Positions 18,740-27,104 of a stretch of DNA of 64,000 nucleotides are shown piece by piece. The notes beneath the pieces are model-generated. The model was not told the origin of the DNA and did no database searches. It saw nothing but the letters and a program-made list of their open reading frames with translations. Each line of letters opens with the position of its first letter. Position 1 is the first letter of the stretch. A program made the position numbers and the translations under genes. The stretch is from positions 66,758-130,757 of IMG/VR virus record IMGVR_UViG_3300025986_000001; one strand, written 5' to 3'. The DNA is from a virus (Duplodnaviria; Caudoviricetes).

Positions 18740-19045
18740 TCAGCGCTCCTCCTCGATCCAGAGGCTGTCGATCTCGCTGAGTGCTTCGGACCAGGTCACG
18801 ATCTTTCCGGCCTCGGTCCAGCTGCCGTACCGGATCGCCCGGCCGTTCTCGTCGAAGTCGACTCGGCGAATCAGGATCTCGATGTCGCGCTCACCGGAAG
18901 ACCGTAGCTGCGCCGCCTTCGCCTTGGCTGACTCGCGAGTGAATCCCTTAGTCGGGTCCCGCAGGTCGTCGCCGTCGGCCAGCTGAACTTCGCCGTCGAT
19001 ACCGGCGGCCCACAGAATTCGGGACTCGGCCACGCTCTGGGACAT
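18740..19045 (-). CDS. hypothetical protein
   Basis: Coupled ORF. Confidence 0.65.
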   Translation of the reverse strand: MSQSVAESRILWAAGIDGEVQLADGDDLRDPTKGFTRESAKAKAAQLRSSGERDIEILIRRVDFDENGRAIRYGSWTEAGKIVTWSEALSEIDSLWIEEER

Positions 19046-19047
19046 GA

Positions 19048-19266
19048 TCAGCCCTGCTTCTGGATCTCGGTGATGCGCTCGGAGATCGTCGCGAACTCCT
19101 TCGGCGAGTCGATCGAGATCGTCAGCTCCCAGCGCTTGTCGAAGCGCAGGTCGAGCTTGTTCAGCCGCGCGTCCATAGCCGACACTTCCAGCTTGTCCCG
19201 AAGCGCGATGAGTTCGTCACGTTCGGGGTGACGGATGACGATCTGGATGGCCCAGTCGGTCTTCAT
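19048..19266 (-). CDS. hypothetical protein
   Basis: MKTDW start, AAGGAA RBS. Confidence 0.65.
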   Translation of the reverse strand: MKTDWAIQIVIRHPERDELIALRDKLEVSAMDARLNKLDLRFDKRWELTISIDSPKEFATISERITEIQKQG

Positions 19267-19614
19267 GACGGTTTGGTTCCTTTCGTTGATCAGCCGTCGG
19301 CTGACGGCAAAAAGCACTCTACCACGTGCATAACCGGAATTATGCGGCTCGTCTAGGCGGGTCTTACAGGGCTCGGCGTACGCTGCCGTCATGCCGTACT
19401 GGACACCTATCCATGACCTGATCTTCGCTGTGATGCCGCCAGTCGAGGTTCGCATTACGCCGACCGGCGCGCTCTGCGTCCTCCTCATCACCGTCGGGGT
19501 GATCGGCGAGCTGCTGCAGTGGCGCCGCCACTGAGTCGCACCAGACTGCTACGCTGCTGCACGACCAAGCCCCGCCTCCGCGGGCATGAAAGATCGAAAT
19601 CGAAAGGGAAAACG

Positions 19615-19998
19615 ATGACTCAGCAACACCTGCCCGCCGGCCGGATCAACCCGGTGACCTACGCACCCATGCCGGCCGAGACGAAGACCGTCTATCGGGT
19701 CGCCTTCTACGACGCCGACCACAAGTTGGTCAAGCACCAGGAGGGGTGGCCGTCGGAAGACAACCCGAACCTGCAGATGACCGCCGACATCAGCGCGGCA
19801 TCCCACATGGGCTCCATGGGTGCCGGCACCGTCGTCGTCTGGGACAACGTCGATATCGTGCCTCCGACTCGCCTCCCGGAACTGGCTGGGGCGAGCAAGG
19901 TTGCCTGGCGCGAATTCGGCCCGAACGCTCCGGCCGTACCGGAGTACCGCTGCGAGGTTGACTCGGAGAGTCGCACCGTCCTGATGTTCCCGAAGTAG
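19615..19998 (+). CDS. hypothetical protein
   Basis: MTQQHL start, AAGGGA RBS. Confidence 0.7.
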   Translation: MTQQHLPAGRINPVTYAPMPAETKTVYRVAFYDADHKLVKHQEGWPSEDNPNLQMTADISAASHMGSMGAGTVVVWDNVDIVPPTRLPELAGASKVAWREFGPNAPAVPEYRCEVDSESRTVLMFPK

Positions 19999-20052
19999 TC
20001 CAGCCTGACCAAGTCCCGCAGCCGCGGGCATGAACCATGACAGGAGTAGCCC

Positions 20053-20313
20053 ATGATTACCCGAGGCCAGGTTCTCGACGCGTACGACCGGATAACCAAA
20101 CGGCCAGGTGCAACCGTGCGGGTCTGGCATTTGCGCGAAGAGATGGGCTGGCCGGCCCATCTCGACCAGGTGCTGGTAGAGATGCATAAGGTCGGCCTGA
20201 TCGTCCTGTCGGACGACCAGTACGGCATGAGTGACGCTGAGCGTGACGCCGCGGTCAACCTGGACGGCCAGGACATGCACCTGATGCTCCTCGGTGTCCA
20301 CGGCGATAAGTAG
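20053..20313 (+). CDS. hypothetical protein, possibly winged helix
   Basis: AGGAG RBS. Confidence 0.7.
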   Translation: MITRGQVLDAYDRITKRPGATVRVWHLREEMGWPAHLDQVLVEMHKVGLIVLSDDQYGMSDAERDAAVNLDGQDMHLMLLGVHGDK

Positions 20314-20396
20314 GAACCCGGTTTTGAGCGCCCTGCCGGTTTACCCGTACGAGGCCAGTAATCTGGCCCAAGACCCGCCGCGCGCGGGCATGATCA

Positions 20397-20996
20397 ATGA
20401 AGGAGAATACTGTGCCCGACATGACCGAGGTTCTCAGCCGATCCTGCCTCGGGCTCGACGAGCCCGTCCGTGACGCCCTCGAGCAGGGCCGCACGGTCCG
20501 CTCACGCAACCGCGACGGCGAGTACGCCGTCGTCCTCACCGACGACCCCGTCTTCCGCGAGCCGGTAGATCACATTCGGGGGATCGCCGACCAGCGCGCT
20601 GACTGGACCATCGTCGTGCCCACCTTCACTCTCCACAACGTGGCCCAGGCCGAGGCCGATGGCGACCCTCATCTGAGTTTCTGGGCGCCGGTCCTTACCC
20701 GCAGCGGCAACCGAATCGGCTCCATGCGGGTCAGCGCCTCCCCGTACGCCAACACCATGACCGACCAGGGCATGGTGCAGACCCGGTTCGTCTTCCTCTC
20801 GACGCTGCGCACCGGCGACCTGTTCCGCGAGTCCGTCGGTGACGACGCTGGCCGGGCCATCCTCCTGCGCGCCGTCACGGACGCCGATGACAGAGGCCGC
20901 CTCGAGGCTGAGACGGTCGGCGGCCGCGAGCAGTACGTGTTCGACCTCGGCCTCGACTACCTCGCGTCCAAGGTCGTTGAGGGCCCCCGTCGATGA
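20397..20996 (+). CDS. hypothetical protein (start may be 20412 or 20421)
   Basis: Long GC3-biased ORF. Confidence 0.7.
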   Translation: MKENTVPDMTEVLSRSCLGLDEPVRDALEQGRTVRSRNRDGEYAVVLTDDPVFREPVDHIRGIADQRADWTIVVPTFTLHNVAQAEADGDPHLSFWAPVLTRSGNRIGSMRVSASPYANTMTDQGMVQTRFVFLSTLRTGDLFRESVGDDAGRAILLRAVTDADDRGRLEAETVGGREQYVFDLGLDYLASKVVEGPRR

Positions 20997-21187
20997 GCGC
21001 CGCGGAGAACATCGCGCACTTCGCCAAGGGCGCCGCCGGTGCCGCAGCGATCATCACCGGCATCTGCATCCACCAGTCGCTCGCCGCCGACCATGCCCGC
21101 GCGAACGCCCCGGCGCCCGCCGAAACACTGATCCCCTGCGAGGTGCGCGACGGCATTCTCGTCTGCGACGGGCGGCCCACCCGATGA
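20993..21187 (+). CDS. small membrane protein
   Basis: Hydrophobic N-terminus; ATGA coupling. Confidence 0.55.
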   Translation: MSAAENIAHFAKGAAGAAAIITGICIHQSLAADHARANAPAPAETLIPCEVRDGILVCDGRPTR

Positions 21188-21417
21188 GCGCCGCTTTCGG
21201 CCTGGACTCGACCGGCGATCAACCGGCCATCTGGAGCCTGGTCCTCAATGCCGTCGCCACCGGGCAGCCTGACCTCGCCGGCTACCTCTTCTACGACCTG
21301 TCCATGTACGGCGAGGCCGACCGGCTGCAGGTGGCTTACCTCTGGGGCGGTGACCAGCTCCGCGGCCGGCTGGTTGCCCTGATGGATGAGCTCGAACCGC
21401 TGGTCAGCCCGATCTAA
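21184..21417 (+). CDS. hypothetical protein
   Basis: ATGA coupling. Confidence 0.6.
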   Translation: MSAAFGLDSTGDQPAIWSLVLNAVATGQPDLAGYLFYDLSMYGEADRLQVAYLWGGDQLRGRLVALMDELEPLVSPI

Positions 21418-21426
21418 CCAAGAGGA

Positions 21427-21636
21427 GTGACCATGAACCTGGTTGCAAGAGTGGGTGTAACTCCGGAGCAGTACGCGCTCGTGATGCGTCAGGAACGCGA
21501 CGCGCTTATCAGCGCCTGGCACAACGGCATTATTGAAAAGTCGATCGAGGGGGTGGTTGCGCTGCTTAACGCCCGGATCAAGGGCCTGGGCATCGAGACG
21601 ACCAGCTTTGACGCGTTCGACGACCTGCATCGCTGA
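21427..21636 (+). CDS. hypothetical protein
   Basis: GAGGAG RBS. Confidence 0.6.
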   Translation: MTMNLVARVGVTPEQYALVMRQERDALISAWHNGIIEKSIEGVVALLNARIKGLGIETTSFDAFDDLHR

Positions 21637-21684
21637 CCTGCGCAAACGCCCGCATCCTACCTTTGGAGCGGTGACCGGCTCCAG

Positions 21685-21734
21685 GGAAACAGAACAACCC
21701 GGGTTGCTGGTGGACCCCGGGTTGTTCTGTTTCC
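21685..21734. terminator. long hairpin
   Basis: ggaaacagaacaacccggg / cccgggttgttctgtttcc. Confidence 0.7.
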
Positions 21735-22122
21735 TGCGCTACATCACTGACTGGACACCGCGGCCTAGCCGCGCCTCAGGATACCGGCATCGCCGCCTGA
21801 GCCCGGCGCCAGAACGGGTTGTTCCGCCCTTCGGGATTCCAGGCTGGGTTGCAGATCTCGCAGCAACACCAGCAGCTGGAGACCGGCGGCGACCCGGCAT
21901 CCACCACCGGTATCCGGAACCGGTTCGGCCGTAGCGGCTTACCCCGGTCCTGGCCGTGGTCGGTGTCGTGCCAGCGCTGCGCGCGCCCGGCTTGCATCCC
22001 CATGGCCGGGAAGGCTACGCGCCGAGCGGGTGACACCGCCTCCAAAATCGCGCGCTCGCGCCGGTGGCGGCCGGTAGGCTGGCCCGGCTTTCTCAAACTG
22101 AAGATCAGGAGTATCGGCTCGC

Positions 22123-22875
22123 ATGGCCTCACCCACCACTGCACTGAACCAGATTCTCGCCGTCCGTGACGGCGTTCGCGAAGACACCCGGCGTGGCGTC
22201 ACCGAACTGCACCGTGAGGTTGTCAAGGCGCCGCGATTGTCCGGGATCGCCCGCACCTACGAGAAGATCAACGACGCGGAACCCGACCTGCCCAGCGAGT
22301 CCACCCGCGTGCAGCTGGTCGCCGCCGACATCCTGCGCCAGATCTGCACGAAGCTCGCCAGGCTGTTCGACGTGACCGCGGCGATGGACTGGACGAACCA
22401 GATCGCCAAGGCCGACATCGTCGTCGACGGCGAGGCCCTCGCCCGGGACGTGCCGGCCACCTACCTGCTGTTCCTGGCCAAGCAGCTCGAGGACGTCGAG
22501 ACCATCGTGCGCAAGTTGCCGGTGCTCGACCCCTCCGAGACCTGGACCTGGAACGAGGCCGCCGGCGCCTGGGCGGCCGAGCCGGTCAAGACGACCCGCA
22601 CCACGAAGGTCCCCCGCAACCATGTCCTGGCCGCGGCCACCGACAAGCACGCCGCCCAGGTGCAGATGTACACCGAGGACGTCATCGTCGGCTACTGGCG
22701 GACCACGAAGTTCTCCGGCGCCATGCAGGCCGACCAGGTCGACAGGCTGATCGAGCGGCTGACCAAGTTGTCCGACGCCGTGAAGTTCGCCCGCGAGCGC
22801 GCCAACATGACCGAGGTGATCGACCCGAAGCCCGGCGCCGCCCTGCTCGGTTACCTGCTTACCGACCTGCGGTAG
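22123..22875 (+). CDS. uncharacterised 250-aa protein linked to the downstream ncRNA
   Basis: LNQILAV..GV, LSGIARTY, LPSESTRVQ, VPATYLLFLAKQL, VLAAATDKHAAQV, KFSGA, AVKFARERAN; AGGAGT RBS. Confidence 0.9.
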   Translation: MASPTTALNQILAVRDGVREDTRRGVTELHREVVKAPRLSGIARTYEKINDAEPDLPSESTRVQLVAADILRQICTKLARLFDVTAAMDWTNQIAKADIVVDGEALARDVPATYLLFLAKQLEDVETIVRKLPVLDPSETWTWNEAAGAWAAEPVKTTRTTKVPRNHVLAAATDKHAAQVQMYTEDVIVGYWRTTKFSGAMQADQVDRLIERLTKLSDAVKFARERANMTEVIDPKPGAALLGYLLTDLR

Positions 22876-22885
22876 GGTCCCCAGA

Positions 22886-23286
22886 TGTCCCGCCGCGCAT
22901 GACGTGCGGCGGGCGAGCACAAAACTGAATATCAAGATCAGCCTGAAAGCACACCCCGTGACACAGTGCAGGTTCGATCCCTGCCCCCGGCTCCACCTGC
23001 CGGGGTAGCCCAATGGCAGAGGCGGCGGGGCGCGTCTTAAGACTCAAGCTCGCGCTCAAAACTCAACACGAAGGGCCCCGGCGACCCGGTCTACCAGTCC
23101 AGGCAACCCCGCACGATGCTGGTTCGAGTCCAGCTCCGGCCTCCAAACATGGCCGGATAGGTTAATGGCAAACCCTGCGGACCTCAAGCTGACCTGCGAC
23201 TTTAAACGTACGGGCGCTCGAGACGGGCCAACTCACATACCGTGATCACTTTAAGAGCCGGCCGGGAAGGGTATCCCGGCCGGCTC
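22886..23286 (+). ncRNA. structured ncRNA with two circularly permuted tRNA-like domains and hexamer repeats
   Basis: T-arm, closed acceptor stem with TCCA in the loop, then D-arm, at 22954-23030 and 23109-23180; ends in a hairpin. Confidence 0.85.
23254..23286. terminator. hairpin, near-identical to 24019-24051
   Basis: gagccggccggga-agggta-tcccggccggctc. Confidence 0.65.
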
Positions 23287-23356
23287 GCCTAATCATTTAC
23301 GCTGCTATATAGACCAAAGTCCCGCCGCCGCGGGCGTGAGAGACAAGAGGAACCTG

Positions 23357-23980
23357 ATGACAGAGATCAAGCACGATTTCCGGATGGCTTTTAGCGCCGA
23401 CTGCGAATTGATCGCGCTGGGCTACTTCCTGCATCGCCGGGGCCTGCTCGCTACCGGTGCCATCGACGAGATCGATGAGATCCTGGACCGTCAACCCGGT
23501 GCGGTCGACGTGCACGCCTACTCCTTCAAGCTGATGCTCGGCCTGGGTTGCGAGCGCATCACCGTTTTCGACGGCCCACTGGTGACCGAGCCGGAACCGT
23601 ACGGCAGCTGGCTGGAGGCCGTGACTCGTCGCAGCCCGGAGAGCGTACGCCAGGTCAACGAGGCGCAGCTGCAGGCACTGCATGCAGCTGCCTGTGTCAG
23701 TATGCAGGCCATCAGCGAGGTCTACCAGCGGCACCGTGAAAGCTTCATTCACCAGCATCGACCGGTAAGCCAGGCCGACATCGACACGATGCTGGCTGAC
23801 GAGCGTCACATCTTTACTGTGCAGACCTGTGATGCAGACAACATCGTGGGGGCGGTCAGCGGAACGATCGCCCCGCGCCGTTATCGGGCGTACGAGATGT
23901 TCAGGGGCGAGTTCGAGGCTGACCCGGACATCTTCCGGTCTCACAATGGCCTGGCGCTGCTGGGTTGGCGCCTGCCATAA
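23357..23980 (+). CDS. hypothetical protein
   Basis: GAGGAA RBS; TACGCT -10-like hexamer upstream. Confidence 0.7.
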   Translation: MTEIKHDFRMAFSADCELIALGYFLHRRGLLATGAIDEIDEILDRQPGAVDVHAYSFKLMLGLGCERITVFDGPLVTEPEPYGSWLEAVTRRSPESVRQVNEAQLQALHAAACVSMQAISEVYQRHRESFIHQHRPVSQADIDTMLADERHIFTVQTCDADNIVGAVSGTIAPRRYRAYEMFRGEFEADPDIFRSHNGLALLGWRLP

Positions 23981-24018
23981 CCCCCCCCCACTCCCGCAAG
24001 CGCGGGCATGAAAGATCA

Positions 24019-24051
24019 GATCCGGCCGGGATAGGGTATCCCGGCCGGATC
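24019..24051. terminator. hairpin ending the convergent tRNA operon
   Basis: gatccggccgggata-ggg-tatcccggccggatc. Confidence 0.65.
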
Positions 24052-24065
24052 GCCTTATCGCTCGG

Positions 24066-24137
24066 TAGCGGCCCCCGGTCTCGAACCGGGCCAGGCGCCC
24101 GTATGAAAGGCGCTGAGCGCCGGTGCTCCCGGCCGCC
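24066..24137 (-). tRNA. tRNA-Met/Ile2 (CAT), atypical D-arm
   Basis: Loop TTCATAC, T-loop TTCGAGA. Confidence 0.7.
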
Positions 24138-24172
24138 GAGCACACACAGCGGAACGGCACGCAACTCGAAAG

Positions 24173-24245
24173 AAGCCTCGGGCGGACTCGAACCGCTACC
24201 ACCCGCTTTGCAGGCGAGGCGCCGCACCAGCGACGAGCCGAGGCC
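24173..24245 (-). tRNA. tRNA-Cys (GCA)
   Basis: Loop CTGCAAA, U73; atypical D-arm. Confidence 0.8.
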
Positions 24246-24250
24246 ATGCG

Positions 24251-24323
24251 CGCCCTCAAGGGGGATCGAACCCCTGACCTTCCGCTCCGGAGGCGGACGC
24301 TCTATCCACTGAGCTACAAGGGC
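24251..24323 (-). tRNA. tRNA-Arg (CCG)
   Basis: Loop CTCCGGA. Confidence 0.9.
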
Positions 24324-24661
24324 AACAACTGCCGCCGGCCACGGTCGTGCGGCCGCTCGGCATACCGCCGGCGCGCCGAACGCCGCCGGCCGAACTGCGA
24401 CTTCGCATCCGCCAAGGTCCGCGGGCGCTGGCCGGGGCCGGAGCATCCGCAGGAGAAGAACAACAGGCCCGCAGCTGCCAGTATCTCCAGCTTGCGCCAC
24501 TGCGCCAGATCGGCGTGTCGCGGCGCGTGGAAATCCCGACCCATCCGGATCATCGGCTGCCGACACCGGCGGCAATCCTGCGGGAGGTAGTCCTTCACCG
24601 AACGCCGGCAGAGCAGACAAGCCCAGTGATCCCGATACCGGTCGAACATGTACCTGCACAT
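24314..24661 (-). CDS. small Cys-rich basic protein
   Basis: MCRY..ACLLCRRS..CRRC..MGRDFHAP. Confidence 0.7.
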   Translation of the reverse strand: MCRYMFDRYRDHWACLLCRRSVKDYLPQDCRRCRQPMIRMGRDFHAPRHADLAQWRKLEILAAAGLLFFSCGCSGPGQRPRTLADAKSQFGRRRSARRRYAERPHDRGRRQLLPL

Positions 24662-24686
24662 CGCGGCCTCCGTGACCTCGTAGGCG

Positions 24687-24769
24687 TGCCCCTCCCCGGA
24701 CTTGAACCAGGCATGCGCGCAGCGCGGCGGCTTTACAGGCCGCTGGACGACCACCCGTCCACGAGAGGC
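24687..24769 (-). tRNA. tRNA-Tyr (GTA)
   Basis: Loop CTGTAAA, long variable arm. Confidence 0.85.
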
Positions 24770-24770
24770 A

Positions 24771-24846
24771 TGGGGTGACTGGCGGGACTTGAACCCGCGA
24801 CGACCGGTACCACAAACCGGCGCTCTACCAGCTGAGCTACAGCCAC
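24771..24846 (-). tRNA. tRNA-His (GTG)
   Basis: Loop TTGTGGT, C73-CCA. Confidence 0.9.
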
Positions 24847-24848
24847 AG

Positions 24849-24920
24849 TGCCCGAACCGGGGATCGAACCCGGTGCCTCCGCTGTGTGAAAGCGGCGCTC
24901 TCCCGATGAGCTATACGGGC
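24849..24920 (-). tRNA. tRNA-Val (CAC)
   Basis: Loop TTCACAC. Confidence 0.9.
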
Positions 24921-25159
24921 AAGGACGCGGAATCCGCGAGGTCCAAGATCCCAATCTCGTAGGCGACCTTCACCAGGTTGGCGCGGTTCAGCGCGCCGAC
25001 CTTGGCCTTGATCCTGGCGATCTGCGTGCTGACGGTGCGCACCGTCGTCTCGAGCTGCGCGGCGATGTCCTCGTCACGCAGCCCGGCGGCGACCAGCCCG
25101 ACGATCCGGGCCTCCCACGGCGTCACCACCGGTTTCCGGTAACTGCCGTATCCGGTCAC
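24911..25159 (-). CDS. LuxR-type HTH regulator
   Basis: TPWEARIV.LVAAG..D..IA.QL....RTV. Confidence 0.8.
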   Translation of the reverse strand: MTGYGSYRKPVVTPWEARIVGLVAAGLRDEDIAAQLETTVRTVSTQIARIKAKVGALNRANLVKVAYEIGILDLADSASLPV

Positions 25160-25187
25160 TTTTTCAAGCCTCCTGATTTCGGATGCG

Positions 25188-25261
25188 CTCCCCCGGCTGG
25201 ACTCGAACCAGCACCTCCCGGATTAACAATCCAGTGCTCTACCCAATTAAGCCACGAGGGA
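25188..25261 (-). tRNA. tRNA-Asn (GTT)
   Basis: Loop TTGTTAA. Confidence 0.9.
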
Positions 25262-25271
25262 AAGTAAGCTG

Positions 25272-25344
25272 TAGGGCCGACGGGACTTGAACCCGCAATT
25301 CCCGGGTTGAAAGCCCGGTCGACTCTGCATTCGTCCACGACCCC
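25272..25344 (-). tRNA. tRNA-Glu (TTC)
   Basis: Loop CTTTCAA. Confidence 0.85.
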
Positions 25345-25353
25345 ATGAATACG

Positions 25354-25426
25354 TGTCTAGGGAGGGGTATCGAACCCCCGGCCTTCCGCTTGTCGAGCGG
25401 ACGCTCTTCCACTGAGCTACCCGGAC
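25354..25426 (-). tRNA. tRNA-Val (GAC), C33
   Basis: Loop TCGACAA. Confidence 0.8.
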
Positions 25427-25427
25427 C

Positions 25428-25503
25428 TGGTGGGCCGCCTGGGGCTCGAACCCAGAACCTACGGATTAAAAGTCCGCAGCTCTATCCATTGAGCTAGCGG
25501 CCC
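25428..25503 (-). tRNA. tRNA-Lys (TTT)
   Basis: Loop CTTTTAA, CCA encoded. Confidence 0.92.
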
Positions 25504-25507
25504 ATAG

Positions 25508-25581
25508 TGTCCCCGGGCGGACTCGAACCGCCAGCCTGCGGTTTAGGAAACCGCTGCTCTATCCGATTGAGCTACGAGGAC
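25508..25581 (-). tRNA. tRNA-Arg (CCT)
   Basis: Loop TTCCTAA. Confidence 0.9.
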
Positions 25582-25793
25582 ACGTCTTTGACGCGTGTGA
25601 GACCGGCGATAATGTAGGCCCGACTGAGCTCGGAGGGGGTTGTCCCCTGTCGGACCGCCTCGGCCTCCAGGGCCTCGGACCATTCGGCGGGAAGCCTCAC
25701 GGAGTGCACCACCTTGATGCTGGGGCGGTCGTAGACTACTTCCGCGCCGGCCCAATCCTGGCTCCTGAGTACGGCTTGAGCGTCATCGGTCAT
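25572..25793 (-). CDS. CopG/RHH-like small protein
   Basis: VHSVRLP...LEAEA...G.TPSEL.R..I. Confidence 0.6.
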   Translation of the reverse strand: MTDDAQAVLRSQDWAGAEVVYDRPSIKVVHSVRLPAEWSEALEAEAVRQGTTPSELSRAYIIAGLTRVKDVSS

Positions 25794-25809
25794 GACCTGC
25801 GATGATACG

Positions 25810-25884
25810 TCCGCCGTGAGGGATTCGAACCCCCGACCCTCGCATTAAGAGTGCGCAGCTCCGACCAGACTGAGCTAACGGCGG
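25810..25884 (-). tRNA. tRNA-Lys (CTT)
   Basis: Loop CTCTTAA. Confidence 0.9.
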
Positions 25885-25885
25885 T

Positions 25886-25975
25886 TGGCGGAGAGTTGAG
25901 GAGTCGAACCCCCGCCGCTTACGCGACCCCACCGGTTTTCAAGACCGGGCGCAGGCCATCCCCGCGGAACCCTCC
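25886..25975 (-). tRNA. tRNA-Ser (TGA), possible 8/4 fold
   Basis: Loop CTTGAAA, long variable arm, G73-CCA. Confidence 0.85.
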
Positions 25976-25980
25976 ATGAG

Positions 25981-26054
25981 TCGGGTATGCCGGATTTGAA
26001 CCGGCGACCTCTCGCTCCCGAAGCGAGCGCGCTACCAAGCTGCGCTAATACCCG
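25981..26054 (-). tRNA. tRNA-Pro (CGG)
   Basis: Loop TTCGGGA. Confidence 0.92.
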
Positions 26055-26148
26055 GGCGTGTCGCAACCCGCTGACTTCCCACCCGGGGCGCTATTCCCGG
26101 ACTTCCGGTCCCATTTGTCCGGGCGTGCGCTTCTCACTCGTGGTACTG

Positions 26149-26221
26149 CGCCCCTGAGGGGACTCGAACCCCTAACATCCGGATCCGTAATCCGGCGCTC
26201 TATCCATTGAGCTACACGGGC
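26149..26221 (-). tRNA. tRNA-Arg (ACG)
   Basis: Loop TTACGGA. Confidence 0.9.
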
Positions 26222-26391
26222 AAGTTCAAAACGTTCCCAGCCTCGGTGGTCCCGCCCGCCGGGCCCATTCCTTGACAAGCATGCCGATCATGTAGCCGCC
26301 CCACCAGATGCCTACCGGCGAAGTTCCGAGAAGCAGGATGAAGTCGATGGTCGGGAAGGGGGCCATGAGACGGGAGCCTACCCTCAGGCTG

Positions 26392-26465
26392 TGTCGTCGA
26401 GTGGGGTCGAACCACTGACCTCAGAGTTATCAGCTCTGCGCTCTGACCGACTGAGCTACGACGAC
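26392..26465 (-). tRNA. tRNA-Ile (GAT)
   Basis: Loop CTGATAA. Confidence 0.9.
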
Positions 26466-26468
26466 ATG

Positions 26469-26554
26469 CGGAAGGAGCGGGATTCGAACCCACGCGAGTT
26501 TTACCTCTCCGGTTTAGCAAACCGGCGCCATTGACCAGACTAGGCGATCCTTCC
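26469..26554 (-). tRNA. tRNA-Ser (GCT)
   Basis: Loop TTGCTAA, long variable arm. Confidence 0.92.
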
Positions 26555-26558
26555 AGAG

Positions 26559-26632
26559 CGTCACCGACGGGACTCGAACCCGCGATCTCTTCCTTGACAG
26601 GGAAGCGAGCACTCCATCTGCTCTGCGGCGAC
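26559..26632 (-). tRNA. tRNA-Asp (GTC)
   Basis: Loop CTGTCAA. Confidence 0.9.
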
Positions 26633-26633
26633 A

Positions 26634-26710
26634 TGGTGGAGGAAGGCGGATTTGAACCGCCGGCTTCCCGCTTGCGGAGCGGGCGCTCTGCCGGACTGAG
26701 CTATACCCCC
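26634..26710 (-). tRNA. tRNA-Ala (CGC), C33
   Basis: Loop TCCGCAA, G3-U70, CCA. Confidence 0.88.
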
Positions 26711-26711
26711 A

Positions 26712-26784
26712 TGGTCGGGAGGCCGGAGTCGAACCGACGTTTCCGTGTTGCGCACGGCGCGGGTCCTCACCCGCCCTCTCCCGA
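26712..26784 (-). ncRNA. aberrant tRNA-like RNA (5-nt anticodon loop)
   Basis: Canonical T-arm and ACCA end; CCGTG-CGCAA-CACGG; 6-bp D-stem. Confidence 0.7.
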
Positions 26785-26887
26785 TCCCGGTCGCCGCGTG
26801 CGTCGCGTCGTTGCCGGGTTCCGCGGTTTCACCCACGCCGCACCTCGCCAGGTGTCGAGTAGGGCCGGCCCCACGGCGGGGCATTCG

Positions 26888-26977
26888 TGCGCCTGGGGAG
26901 AGTCGAACTCCCACGCGGGTCACCCCGCACTGGTTCCTGAGACCAGCGTGTCTACCTCCTGCTTCCACCACAGACGC
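26888..26977 (-). tRNA. tRNA-Leu (CAG)
   Basis: Loop CTCAGGA, long variable arm. Confidence 0.9.
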
Positions 26978-27104
26978 GTGCGGTTCTCGGCGAGGGTCAG
27001 GCGTACCAGATCGGCCGCGTGCTGCCTCTTCCCAAAGTTCGCGCTAGCGGTCGGGGACCGTCTGCGCTCTGCGACGCCGGGCCACGCTCCCGGACCGAGA
27101 ACCG

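Larger units (their letters stand above)
19565..24011 (+). repeat. 5 copies of CCAAG-N-CCCGC-N4/5-GCGGG-CATGA intergenic motif
   Basis: Copies at 19565-19589, 20009-20033, 20368-20393, 23314-23339 and (partial) 23993-24011. Confidence 0.85.

Noticed and set aside
22886-23286. Two-piece tmRNA or two ordinary tRNA genes
   Set aside because: No G3-U70, no recognisable tag ORF, two domains, and no anticodon loops; halves of different domains do not cross-pair.
26055-26887. HDV-like theta ribozyme or SAM-IV riboswitch in tRNA spacers
   Set aside because: Only partial motif resemblance; I could not build the complete pseudoknot or core by eye.
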